A DNA stretch of 52,771 nt, filler included, from Sphacelaria rigidula (lineage: Eukaryota), in the NCBI GenBank assembly GCA_964200075.2. It is 3 parts of 3 records of this genome, joined end to end, with 100 filler letters (N's around TTAATTAATTAA, not from the genome) between each part and the next. Parts side by side here need not be neighbours in the genome. Positions count along the whole stretch, not along the records: positions 1 to 17,526 come from CAXNAA020001057.1; 2 more parts are not named here. One strand, 5' to 3'. Made by a program: the position numbers and the translations under genes. How positions within the stretch are numbered: the first letter of the stretch is position 1; the number at the start of each line of letters is the position of its first letter. This document shows, one piece after another, positions 1 to 12,046 of the stretch. The notes beneath the pieces were generated by a model that was given only the letters and a program-made list of their open reading frames with translations, was not told the DNA's origin and did no database searches.

Positions 1-487
1 TCCGCCGGAGGGGAAAAAAAACAATGAGGGTGCTTTTTTTTCGCCGCGAGGCTCATACCGTCGAAATGGCCCCATTTCGACAAAATCTAGGCGTCTTTTT
101 AAAGGAGTTTTTCTAACCCTGGTCCGGAACTACTGTCCAGCTGTTTGCACGTAAGGTTCATACTTCATGCTTGCCCACGACAAAACTAGATGCATTGAAC
201 CAAAGCACCTGGTGTTCTTGCGTAAGTGGGCTTTCCGTGGATGCGTACGCGTTCTACTGTGGGCGTCTGTACCAAAGCTGCATGCCGTAAATTGTCACAC
301 ACACGTTTGCATCTCGAAACGTTCTGATGCATGCTGACGACCACGCAAGCTACTTCCGCCGCGTCTTCGACAAAATGTTAATCGTGCCGATCGCAGCATC
401 GCATTGTTTTTTCCTATTTCGCTTTTTCACCATGTTTTGATGTTTTCATCAAGACACGCCCTCAAGGTAGACTCGAACCCCACTCAC

Positions 488-642
488 GATCCCGATCTAA
501 TTTGCTTTGATACATGTACCCCTGTGGGCACCTGTCTCAATTTGTCCGAGTATTTCGGTATCGATGGCCCTGTGTGCAAAATCATCCTCACTTCCAAATT
601 ATCCATTGCGTAGGTGTCGATGAATGCCAGGTTGGCGTGGGC
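488..642 (-). CDS. Possible isolated internal exon of an unidentified minus-strand gene
   Basis: On the minus strand: cattag| acceptor, open frame AHANLAFIDTYAMDNLEVRMILHTGPSIPKYSDKLRQVPTGVHVSKQIRSGS, then |gtgagt donor. No family recognised and flanking exons not securely linked. Confidence 0.25.
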
Positions 643-3600
643 CTAATGAGAGCGTTGAAACAAACTCTCTGTCAAACAATAAAATGAATCCCAAACTATT
701 CGGAACCGCTCCAAAGTCCCGTCGTTCCGAACAGTGAACAAAATCGGCGAAAACAAGGGCGCCGTGAAAGCCCATGGTTTGTCTGTCCTTCGCTTCGACA
801 GTTTTTCTCTGGTATTGTCCACTATAGAGGTTGGTATCTGCTGGCAAGAAAAACAATCCAGTCTGGTAGTTCGTAATGAGGTACTGATCGAGAAATAGAT
901 TCTAGTACATGGGCTACTAGTTTCAGCTATCAGCTAACCAGCTACTCGGGTGCCCGGCTGTTTTTTGTACAATTTTGAGCGAAAAGCGAAACTCAACAGA
1001 CGGCTCTGCACAAGGGGCCTTGAAGACTGGAGAACGTTATACATCGCCCCCGATTCCCGAAAACCTCTTTCTTAGCAACGGGGGAGGAGGGGGAGGGTAC
1101 TCCCTCATCAGATGGATAATGACGATGGTAGGTACTGTACTGTGCAGTACGTCAATGAACGGCTCTCCCCGGCTTGTGGCAGGCTTGTGTACAAGTTGTG
1201 TATGCTACGGTTGCACGGCAGGTGGTGGGATCGTGTATGCAACGTTCACGTCTCCATTATCATTCGTGGGAACAGCATCCTCTCGTAAAAATCGACTCGA
1301 CAGCATGCGGCACGACACATCAATATGTCGAAAGTTCCGGAAACGTAGCCGTGGTTGTTGTAAGACCCGTATTTGTTGGAACAGATTATGCCAGCATGGA
1401 TAAAGAAAACATAACTAGAACTTGTTGACTACTTTCTTGAGCGAAACCATCTTCGCGAGATTCTCATTTGTCGCTTCTGCCTGTGTTACTATGCAGTATG
1501 CCGACCTTAGGAAATTGCCCCTCGACACAGCTATCCGAACGCGGGCACTGCCTACGCGGGCACTAGGTGGTCATCCTCGAATAGTCCACAATGGTTGATA
1601 CCATGGGAGTATTGTCAAAAACATTTTCATCGCGGTTGGAATTATACAGTCAAGTCACAGTAGTAGTGTATACCTCTGATGTGACTCAGCAACGCACATA
1701 ATTCGTGGTTCACGTTCCTTGGTCGACAAACAGCGTCATCGGATTCACTTCTTGAGTACGCGGCGATCTCCAGCATTGCGGCGTCACTACTATAAGACCT
1801 ACCTCAAAGTCATTTTCCAGCGGTCACCTGGAGTGAAAAGTCATCATCCAACGACCAAGTTCTCTTCCCTGCGGCCGCGAGAACAAGTGACATGCCCTAA
1901 CTCCTCAGCTTTGGGCTGCGCGGGTACAGGCCATCATTGTGGCCGTGAAGAAACCGTTCAATTCCGTGTTCTGGCGAAGAAACAGGAAGCAAAAGGGTTT
2001 TGGACAACATTTTTCGTTTTTCCTCATTCTCGACCGCCTCTGGGGGGGGGGGGGGGGTTGCGGTGGAACGTATTTCAGTCTGTAAGGCCCCTGCATGCCA
2101 CTATGTCATGCCACTATGTCACTGTGTCGAGAGGGCCAGCGACCTTGATGCCGTACAGTCCAATTGGATTCAATACACGGTGTGCAACCTCTCTTCGGCA
2201 TATTGGTACTATTGCACGGTGGGTTGAACGTTGTAGGTGCCCTAGTCACGCGCGTCAGGCTGGTCAGGCTAAGCGACGGTGTGCGCCATGAGTCGAGGAA
2301 GGCAGACCTTGTTAGAGCAGGTACCATAGGGTATCATAACATTAGACTGGAGCCTCCGATATCTCTTCACCCCTTGCTCCCCACCTCGCTGATGAGAGGG
2401 AAGTTGAACTTGTGGACATCGTGAATTTAGGAATACACGCACGAACCGAGTTATTATTGACTCCGTATTGACGGTCAAATATATTTAGTTTTCAATTAGT
2501 GTTCGATACTGCGATGAGACCAAGTAGATTGCGACATGAAACAAGCGACTAGAGCCAAATTTATTTCGCAAAAACATGTTTTGTTTTGTTCTGTTCCTTT
2601 TTTTTTCAGGGCGTGTGTCAGTTTCGTTTTTATTGGATACGGTTACGTTTATCATTAAACCACGACTGGACCTCTGGGGGATCAGTTGAAGTGCGACAAC
2701 CAATCGATCCATCAATCACTGGTGCGGTGATTCGAAATGCTAACAAAATCAGATGGTCACCGATACCACACTAAAACGAAATTTATTTCACACAGAACTA
2801 AATCGTCAGTGACCCCATACTAGAAGTAAAACATGTTGTCATATACAGTAGAGCCAAGTATTTTCTACGCCGCAATGAGTTCTAGTTGTTTGGGATACTA
2901 AGGCCAACTAGCTCTAGGTTCGAGCTACTGTACCGAATATGGGAGACTACCTAGGCACTTGAGAGGAAGGAAGGCAGCGTTCCCTGGATGTCAGCACCAC
3001 CGACTTCTCAAACAGACCGAAAGTTGTAGAAGTATGGTGCATCGTGCTAGAGAAGAAAATGTTCACATATCACGAGCAACTTGGCCAGCAGGCGAAATTG
3101 GAGGCAATTACCTTTGAAAATATCCACTTGAATTCACGCTTTCCCAATAATCACAGAAGTGCGAGGGAAACAGGAAAAACAAGCTATACCTCGCCACTGG
3201 CCCTACAGTGTACCCCGAGTACCTGAGTACTTGGTTTGTACCCGATTGTGAGAAAAGGACAACGACGTTATTATTCAGATGTACCCGGTACAATACTCGA
3301 GTACCGGCTGATGCTGGTCTCCAGCCGAAAAACGAAGAAGAAAATTTGAGCGAAAACTGCGCGGTGAAGATGCAGAACACCTACCAGAAAACGTCTGCTA
3401 GAGTCCCATGGTTGTGCCGTTAAGGCGTTAGAAGTGTGTACTGGATTTCGTCGGGTGCAAAAGCAGGAGTTGGTGTGAAATTGAGCGAACAGCAGTTTCA
3501 TGTGAAATTCGTGCCCAGATGTTCCCAACAAGAGTCAATTTTGAACTTCGGGAGGTGGCCAAGATAAACCAATATATTTCAGTGGTTGGCTGGTCCTATA

Positions 3601-4431
3601 CCGCGTTGTGTGGAGCGCAGTATACGTCGTGATCAAGGCAGGGCGTGAAACACGTGAAAAGGGGGGTGTTATCGTCATCGGTCAGCAAGTTTCGCCACAT
3701 TTATGCATAGTATCTGCGAACCCAAACCTACCAACCAAACAAAAATGTCGAACAATAGGTGTGGCGCGTTTCCTGTCAATCCCGAACCTAAAGCGAGCAG
3801 ACCTAACGGAACAAAGATAACGAACAAAAGTCAACAAATGTGACGTGACGTGAGCCGTTTCTTGTCAAACCCCCTCTTCTCAGGGTCTTTTCTGGTTTCG
3901 AACAAGTCCGTGCGCCTTTTTGTTCTCATCCCTGTTCCAATAATCTGACGTTTTTTTTTGTGCCACATAGCGTAGTCTGTCGTAGGATCAGGTTATCCCA
4001 ACATTGATCGATTCGCTTAAGGGAATGGTGTGTACAACGCAAGCCATCGTCCGTACCTTTATGAAACGTACACGTTAAGCAGTCTCACCCATGGTTCGGC
4101 CACGACAGGTGTCCATTGCGTCTCAACATGACATCAGTTGATGGGATGACCAGTTGTGTTATCAACCACAACACTGCGGTACCCTTCATGGGCGACAGAC
4201 CCCACGACTGCCGACCGCTATAAAGATAATTCCCCCTTTGCTTACATTGAATTCATTAGCCCCAGCGCGGTTATATGGTTTTCGCTTCTGGTGCTCGCTA
4301 GGATGCAGTTTCAGGGGAAAATGGAGGAAAATGGAGGAAAATGCAATGGTATGAACTCTCTACTGCCCCACCCCACCTTCATCCTCTCGCCCGTGCGCGT
4401 TGTATGATCGCGTTTGGTCCGTACTGTTAGG

Positions 4432-7400
4432 ATGGTCAAACATACACGATGGCGCATCTGCTGCATGTGTGCCATAATCGGCGTGTTTGTTCTCCTCAAG
4501 GCACCGAAAAACGTAGAAAGTCGGGAGATGGATGGCCCCATTCCAACCCGCGGCAACGGCAACGGCAATGGCAAGGGTATGGGCAGAGAAAAACATGTGA
4601 GTTCGCGCGAAAGGGGTTATGGTTGATGTTGTATTGGATCCTGAAGAAATCGCGATATTTTCTAGGTACAGCAAATAAAGTGAGGGTACAAAGAGTTACT
4701 TCGTAGCACAGCGTACAGTAATTCCTCGTGTGTGCGCAGCAGATGTACGAGTATTATTACGTGGAAATCGGCCGCGTTGTATATATTCACTCAGAATACT
4801 TGGTCTCATTATTGAGGGTTCTGAATGGTTGAACATTGAGTCCCTGAGTTCCGTCTCATGCTTCTTCAGCCCCACATTGTACCGTTAACGATTCATCAGC
4901 CAGTTGCAGGTTGGAGAAGTTCAAGTTGTCATGCACACCCACATGGTGAGCTATCTGGTACGTTGCACGTGAACTTGTAAGAGATTGGCATGGGGAGCTT
5001 GGGTTTACACAAGCCGCCGCACGAATTCCCACAATCCCTCTCCAGAGCTCATCGCTGCCACAGCGCCGTTCTTCATGTCACAGAACGCGGCGGATCTTCT
5101 CCGCTAGCCCCTGGAACTCGGTTCAGGGGGCCGATGAGCCGCCTGTGGTGATGCCAACAGTGTGGTTCGGAGGGAAGTATCTCTGTTAATTCCGCTTATT
5201 TCATTTTACACGCCGCTGCGAATGTCCTGCTCAGGAATATCATAGTTGCACCAGCGAACCGTGCAACAGACGTTTACGGGGGATGGAGAGTGACATCGGC
5301 GTGCATACGACTCTTGTCGTCTCTGAAGTGAGCTTGGCACAAAGAAGACAGGCTGGCGAGGTGGAACATACGGTAGAGGTCGAAGGCAGCCCTGAGGTTG
5401 ACGTCAGGCTAGATGGCAACGCAGGTGGCGATGCGTCCCATCTGTTTGTAAATGCCCCAGAGAGCATATGCGACGATTTGTGGGCGTCATGGCCGAGTAT
5501 CCAGGAGAGTGGTCTCGCCAACAAAAACGTCATTGTTTACAAACCACTCGCTTCGGTGGGCAATGATTTTCTCAGGCTCCAAACGTTAATTTCGGTGAGT
5601 GTCAGGGTCAGGGGTGTGCTTTGCACGAGCTATATTCTTTGGCCCCACGCCGGGCCTTTTTACCAGTATAATCTGTTCGTGAACATCTCCAACCACGTGT
5701 TTTTTCGATTGCGAATACGACGTCGACTGCGTATCCGGGAGACATCGTTGGGCAGCGCTGGTTGCTCGCCCTCTGTCATCCGTGCTGTCATGTGCTCTCC
5801 GAAGTCACGGTATCCTTCTTTACGTGCCCCCAGAGCACTCTTGTCTACGGAGTAACAATGTCGCATAGATATCAGGCGTAGCATTTGGCATTCAAGTACA
5901 CAAAAATAGGGGTCATCTTATCGGCCGGCGTTTGCTTTGATTGTCGTGCAAAACGTTGCTGTATTCGCTAGCTGCAGCTGTCCCAGGGTTGCATCTGATG
6001 GTTACCGATCACCGATCACCTTTTTGTATGCAGATCGCCCGGGAGCTACAGGTGGCGTTAGTTCTTGATTGGGGGTGGTTGGAAGGATTCCGGCAAGCTT
6101 TTGATCCGGCTCAGATTCGGTGGGATGTTGACCACACCCAGTTCTACAGGTTTGCGGGCGATGTCGAGCAAGGTGGGGATTGTTTCGGCGCAACTTCTGT
6201 CATCGTTTGTCACCGCCACGGCAACGTACCTCTGCCCCTGAGTACATTTCGCCACAGATATCCCTCTGTACGCTTGGAAATGTCCTGCCTACAAGATGTC
6301 GTCGTTTTGTGTGCTAGATGGTGTCAAAAGATCGAATGCCCTGCCTACTTGAAAATGAATGAGCCTGGCACACGCAGAAAATACGTCAACGTAAAACACA
6401 TACGTCCAATTTGCGCCAAATACGTGTCCCTTCTGAACATATTCTGCGAGTTTAGAACGGTTTTCGCAAACGCTGGCAGATATCTGCTAGTTCACAGCAA
6501 CCTTCCCAAACGTTCGCACATATCTTCTGGTTCAACACGACTTTTCCAAATATTTGTAGGCGCCTGACAGTTGAGAACAAGTTTCACAGACGGTGGCAGC
6601 TGCACTATCTAGAAGTTCATGATAACTTTCCCGTACGTGGACAAATATTTTCATGTTTCGAACGACTTTCCCAAATATTTGCAGATACATGCCAGTTTGA
6701 AACAGCTTATCCGTCGTACCAAGTTGATATTGATTCTGATGTTGATGTTGCTATGACAGCCACAAGATCGTGAGTCGGATATATTTTTACTCTAACACGA
6801 CTGTGGAAGTGTTGGGTGTTGGTCTACTGTCGATGATTCGGTTTGACCGAGGGGTAGAAGGGCAGAGTAGCGGAAGGGAAGGCGAGAATCGTTATCTTGT
6901 TTCCTGGTGTCGTCTCGGTTGTGTTCGGCAGATATCAGACACAGCTGTTACGTACATGCGCGCATGCGTATACGACGTTAGACAAGGTATTGTAGTTTCT
7001 TAGAGGTGACCGAGCAGCATGAAGAATTTCCACGTGAGCATGCTACACGAAACACATGATTTGTAGCAATGCTACGGAGTACCGTTGTGGAACTATGTCG
7101 TAGTTGTACGCGCTGCTGTGATTGCCGTCCGTATACTGGCTGTTCAGACACTGTACATTTGTAGTATACCTATGTTGAACATGTGTAATCTCCTGTACAA
7201 AATATTTCGGTTCACCCCCCACCAATTCGCCTCACACCTTCCTTTTGGCGCTTTCCTGACGCGACATTTCGACCCTATATCCCTCTATAGCCACATATAC
7301 ACACGATGCGACGCAGACGATCCAAGATGCAGGTGGTTAACCCTTTTGGGCCCGACCCCGTGTTATTACTACGTGAGTGTACCGTTACCGGCGCGTGTTT

Positions 7401-10400
7401 GAGTCTGCTGGGGGTGCTAAAGCAATGGCATGATCGTAGAGTGGGCGAAGTGATGCAAGAGGTCAGTGTTTGAAAGTCTCCAAAAACGGGACGTATGTTT
7501 CTCGTTGATGCAGGAAAGACGTGCCGAGGTGAAATCATGCCTCACACTGTATTTAAGTAGTTATATAGAAAGAGGCAAACAGGACACGAATGTATGGATA
7601 TTGTAGGGTTTAGACGACCTGCGTCCCCCCGGGGACAAGCTTAGTTGTTCCTTGATTGAAGTTTGAGAAGGTATTCGTCTCCTGCCGCGATCTTTCATCA
7701 TTTGGTATCAGAGTATGGGAAAGGTGTTCAAGAATCTCCCGCTTACGACCGCCGTTACACAAAAGCCAAGCGGTCGAATTTCCCAACACCAACACCAACA
7801 CCAACTCCGACAAGCAGCTGGGAAATGTGGGGGATGTGAGAGATGTGGGAGATGAGATTAACAGAGAGTATGCGACGGCTGCACTACAGTACGCAGCAAT
7901 GCCTCAGGCTGCCGCTCCTACTTACCCCCTCCAGCCACGGGTACTGCATATCAATTAGTGCGAATTTGGATCTGGCTGCGGTACATCTCTCCGCCTATAT
8001 ACTTCACCATACTCGTACAGTTGTTTTGTGCTGTATGATGGTGTTTGGCAATCAACCCCGAAGGCACCTTGTTGCTGCCCTGACTTCGAGCTGGAAGTCA
8101 CGTCTGTCAGTGACAGGTTTAGGGCAGATTTGGTATATTACATACTTATCATGTAAGGGCGTACGTTACTGTAAGATGCAGTGTGAGACTGTGCTGCGGT
8201 GTGCCCTACTACCATGGTACTACGCTGCTGTAGTGTTGCAGTACTGACTTTGACCGGTACGGCACAGTATGCGTGGACTGCCCTCGTTTGCGAGTCGTTA
8301 TTGGTTTTGATTATGTGGGCCATTCATTCCCTACATATATGACGAGTCAGCCAATTGCGCTTCTGGTCGTTCTTGAGGGTTGGGTCCGAAAGGGTCAACA
8401 TCGAATATAAAAATACCGGGTGACCCAAAACCTTCTGGGAAACCGGTTACGCAAACATCGTAGGTTACCTGGTGGCTATATCACCAACAGGCGATCCCCA
8501 AAAATGCCAAGATTTTTCCATGGGAACGGCCTGAAGTCGAAATTACGTGTGATATTGAACCTAGTGCCGGAAAAACGAGGAGGAGCCCCGCTTGACTCCT
8601 CCTAGTTGTTCGAGAAAATGAAGACGAGTCTCACTACATCCCCACTAATCGTGCGGAAACATGGAAACGAATGTGACTGAAGTCCTACGAGTTATTCGGA
8701 AGCATACTCGTCGTGACTGATGGGTTCAACGTATTGGCGTCAGACGAATCAGACTGGGACTCGTTACATGTTTGAAATCTTTCTGTTCACAACACCAGCA
8801 ATCTCAAGAACGTCTGAGGTAGGTACGACCAATTGCGAATCCACATAAAACTAAACACCTGTGGAAGCAACCGTCCCAATTTCGTCCCTAATAAAACAGC
8901 GTCAAACCGGCTGCGATAGATGTCCTATTTCCCCCCTAGTACGTGTATATCGTTGGTACTGTGGTGACTTACGTTCCACCTGAATTAGATTCAGTACACA
9001 TCGCCGTAGACAGCGGGCGCCGTGGTGAGGTATTCTAGGAAACGTGAAAATGTGCGAAATGGCTGCATGTGCGAGTGCTTCAACAATATCATTCCGCTGT
9101 TGAATCACCCGAGGAGAACGGCATCAAATCGTTTGCGTGTAACTCCTGGAACACAGGGGAATCGTTGGCGATGTGTTGCTTTACACTGTGCAAAATAATT
9201 TTCGCTCTAACCACGGAGAAGACGGAGACAGGGTTGTTCCCGGGGTGGTGTACGCTGCTGTGGGGACGACTTCCTCCTGTTCCCGGGGCCTACAGACGCA
9301 TTCTTCACCAGATGTTAGCGTTGGTATCGCTTCCTATGCCGGTAACTGAAGCAACCTCTTCTCGCAGCCGCATTCATCACTATTTGATTTGGTTCCATGT
9401 GCTGAAATATGAATTTAGGGTGAAGATTCAATACAAACATCTCGGTGTATTCACGGAGGCTCCCATCAACACATGGTACAAGCGAAGTGCCTAGGCGCAG
9501 GCAGCACTGCATTGCCGTGTGGCACGGTCAGGTGGATAGCGGCGATCGCATGCAAGAAACGCTACTTTGCCCCGAGATAAATGAGTCATCAGCCCTTTCC
9601 GAGGAAGCCGCTAAAGTGTCTTACCGCTAGTGCTTCACGTTCGGCAGCAGGGATGTTTGGTGCGGGGAGTGGTACCGAATCGCCACGGGTTGCTGTATAA
9701 CCAAAGGGGCCCTAGTGCTGTTCGATTCCTCCCTTTACAGGTGCGATATTCGATTAACCCTTTTTTGACGGGGCCTCCAGAACCAATGAGGCTGGTCAGG
9801 AACGACGTGTCTGGCGTCTGCACGAAACAGTGGCGTGTTGCTGAAAATCCGCGTATGTAACCGCAGGGTCATGACGAAGACCGAAAGTTTCATCCAATCT
9901 AGTTTCAGGAGCAGGGTGCGCATTAGGTGGTGTACATCTGATGTAGCAAACAGTATGAGTCGTGGTAGGGAGCTTCCAACAGGATGCGGCGACCGGCGGG
10001 CCGCCCGCCACTTGTGGCGTTGGATGATGCTGTTGTCGCCATCACCTTGCCACATAGCCCTTCGTGGTCGGGGTGGGCCCCCATTTCCGCACTTGTTGCA
10101 AGCGGCAAATTCTCTTCGAAGGTTATCAGCGTTGCGGCTCGCATGCATACAACAGTATAGTACAGTACAGTGTAGTACGCCTCTCGGACTGAAGCAGCAG
10201 CTGCCGCTGCATACTCCATTGCACGTTCTGGGCAATTCTCAGCTGCCGAAATCAGCCGCCTGTGCACAGCTTTGTCATCCCCGTCCACTATATACATGCG
10301 GACTGCACACTGCAAGTAATCGACAGAGGGATACGTGGAATTCATGACGGTAGCTCCTTTTGTCTTTCCACAGCCCACCTCGATTTTGTGCGTGCTTCCT

Positions 10401-12046
10401 GAAAAAGACTACATTGTGGCAGGTACACTCTCTCCCGTTTTTTTTCCACGCTGGGTTAGTGGGGGTCCGGTCCCAAAAGGGTCAAGTCGAGTGCAGAGAT
10501 CCATTGGTTACACCCGCTGCTACGCGTTTTGCATTTGACCAAAACATTTTTGTCATCACCTCAAACCTTCCATGTCATACTCCCCTCACGAATGATCAGG
10601 ACTAGTACAGCCCAACGGGCTCCACGTCATGCGGTTCAGCGATTGCTTGATGCTGCTGACAGACTCGCAGATGACATGGATGGCGGATGCGTTGGAGGTA
10701 GAATATGAGGCTACCGCCACGCCTGAAGTTGCCGTCATGGGGGTTGTAAAGCGAATCGCGACACCCTTGGTAACTCAGTGGCCCCGTATACGGGCCATGA
10801 ACGCTCCTCAGCCTCAGCCGTGTGCATGGAACATGCTGCTACAACGCAGGTACAGTATCACGAGTGCCGCAGTGCCCAGCCCTCACAATCGACATTTCCG
10901 TGGCTCCTGACTGCTGCATTGTTATAGCAGGAAGGACAGATGGTGGAGGCACCTCGGCAGCGGTAGCAATGTCAATTGTGTGTGCTAGGTCAATGTAGTT
11001 CGGCCCAGTACAGGCACGAGGACTACCGTTGCCAAATACTTCACCAGCACGTCGCTAAATTGAGTTCCTCAAGTATCTAGACGTCTCTCTCTGCGTCTGC
11101 GAGCGACGTGTTAGTGTGAAAGGTGACATCAGTGGCTCGCTGGTGGAAAAAAGCGAACATGTCTCACCCACCCACTGCTATCGCGTGCGTCTATTCGTGC
11201 TGCGAATGCCTTTTTTTGTGACGTGCACTGCTGAGCAGTGCTGGGATGAGGTCTGCGCTGAAGACGCACAACCCATTTCGGGCACCCACCGATACTTATG
11301 CAGCGTGGCACATAAGAACTCCTGACGGGGAGACGTCTTCTTCATACGATCGAGCGGCACACCCTTATGTTATTGAGGAACCGTCTTCCGCTGTCTGCCC
11401 TGCCTACACGGCGGCGACAGTAGAGGTGGAGCAAAGCTGCGGGTACGCTGAGGGCTTGACTGTGTTTGTCGCTTCGAACAGGTCAGTGACCGTCCCTTAT
11501 TGTGCTTAGACTGACCACCTGCGTATCGAACGTGCTGGCTGAGAACTGTGCGCCAGCTTGCGACAAAAGTAAAACGTCACTGTCAAGACTTGAATTTTAC
11601 GCGTCTGACGTGACGTTAGGCCATATGCAGAGTACACTTCTCTGCCGTTAACCAGTATGTTCGACAATGCTTGGATACCCCGTCTCCTGTTCGTGTAATC
11701 CTGTAGCATGGGAATGGAAAACAACTGCACCACCTCCGCTCGAGAGGAGGGACGCCATCTAGTGTTTGCAGATGTCGGGTTGGCACCGGGTGACGTCCAC
11801 ACGGCCCACACCCAGAATGCTTCAAAGGTCGCCTTGAACGCATTCATCGACTTCTTATTTGTGCTGGATGCGGAGGTTATAGTGTGCACGGGATCGTCAT
11901 TCTCGGCCTCCGCTGCCCGCATAAAGGAGCTTCAGTGCCACAGGATTGATGTTCCTGGCGTGGATCCGGCTGCCCGGGGTTTGGGCGGTTTGATGGTATG
12001 CGCTCGAAGGCATTGCGCTCATCTCCTTAAAGAGAAATGGACATGA
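4432..12046 (+). CDS. GT-B fold fucosyltransferase-superfamily protein (GT23/NodZ/GT11/GT37/O-FucT-like), type II membrane, 498 aa, 6 exons: 4432-4596, 5235-5594, 6034-6172, 10600-10849, 11239-11481, 11707-12046
   Basis: All junctions are GT-AG and phase-compatible (0,0,1,2,2); total 1497 nt = 499 codons with no internal stop. N-terminal signal-anchor RWRICCMCAIIGVFVLLK; N-domain motif VIVYKPLASVGNDFLRLQTLISIARELQVALVLDW; CAWNMLLQRS; motif I AAWHIRTPDG; motif II VFVASNS; motif III AFIDFLFVLDAEVIVCTGSSFSASAA. Exon 1 is the least certain. Confidence 0.85.
6450..6712. repeat. Degenerate 40-bp tandem repeat (about 6.5 units) in intron 3 of the fucosyltransferase
   Basis: Units begin with GTT at 6450, 6490, 6530, 6570, 6615, 6655 and 6695; approximate consensus GTTNANAACNACTTTCCCAAAYRTTKGCAGATATCTGCNA. 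Confidence 0.75.
9810..10320 (+). repeat. About 510-bp dispersed repeat, copy 1 (inverted relative to 29343-29854); probable transposon fragment
   Basis: Colinear reverse-complement match, e.g. gcgaccggcgggccgcccgccacttgtg vs cacaagtggcgggcggcccgccggtcgc; paralogous ORFs 9735-10235(-) and 29294-29740(+). Confidence 0.9.

Noticed and set aside
6450..6712. CRISPR-like periodicity (also 31470-31725)
   Set aside because: Degenerate contiguous units without unique spacers; eukaryotic context; no cas genes.
9200..9700. Possible extra fucosyltransferase exons (GAYRRILHQM; VDSGDRMQETLLCP)
   Set aside because: In-frame stop or no compatible splice sites; the gene splices cleanly without them.
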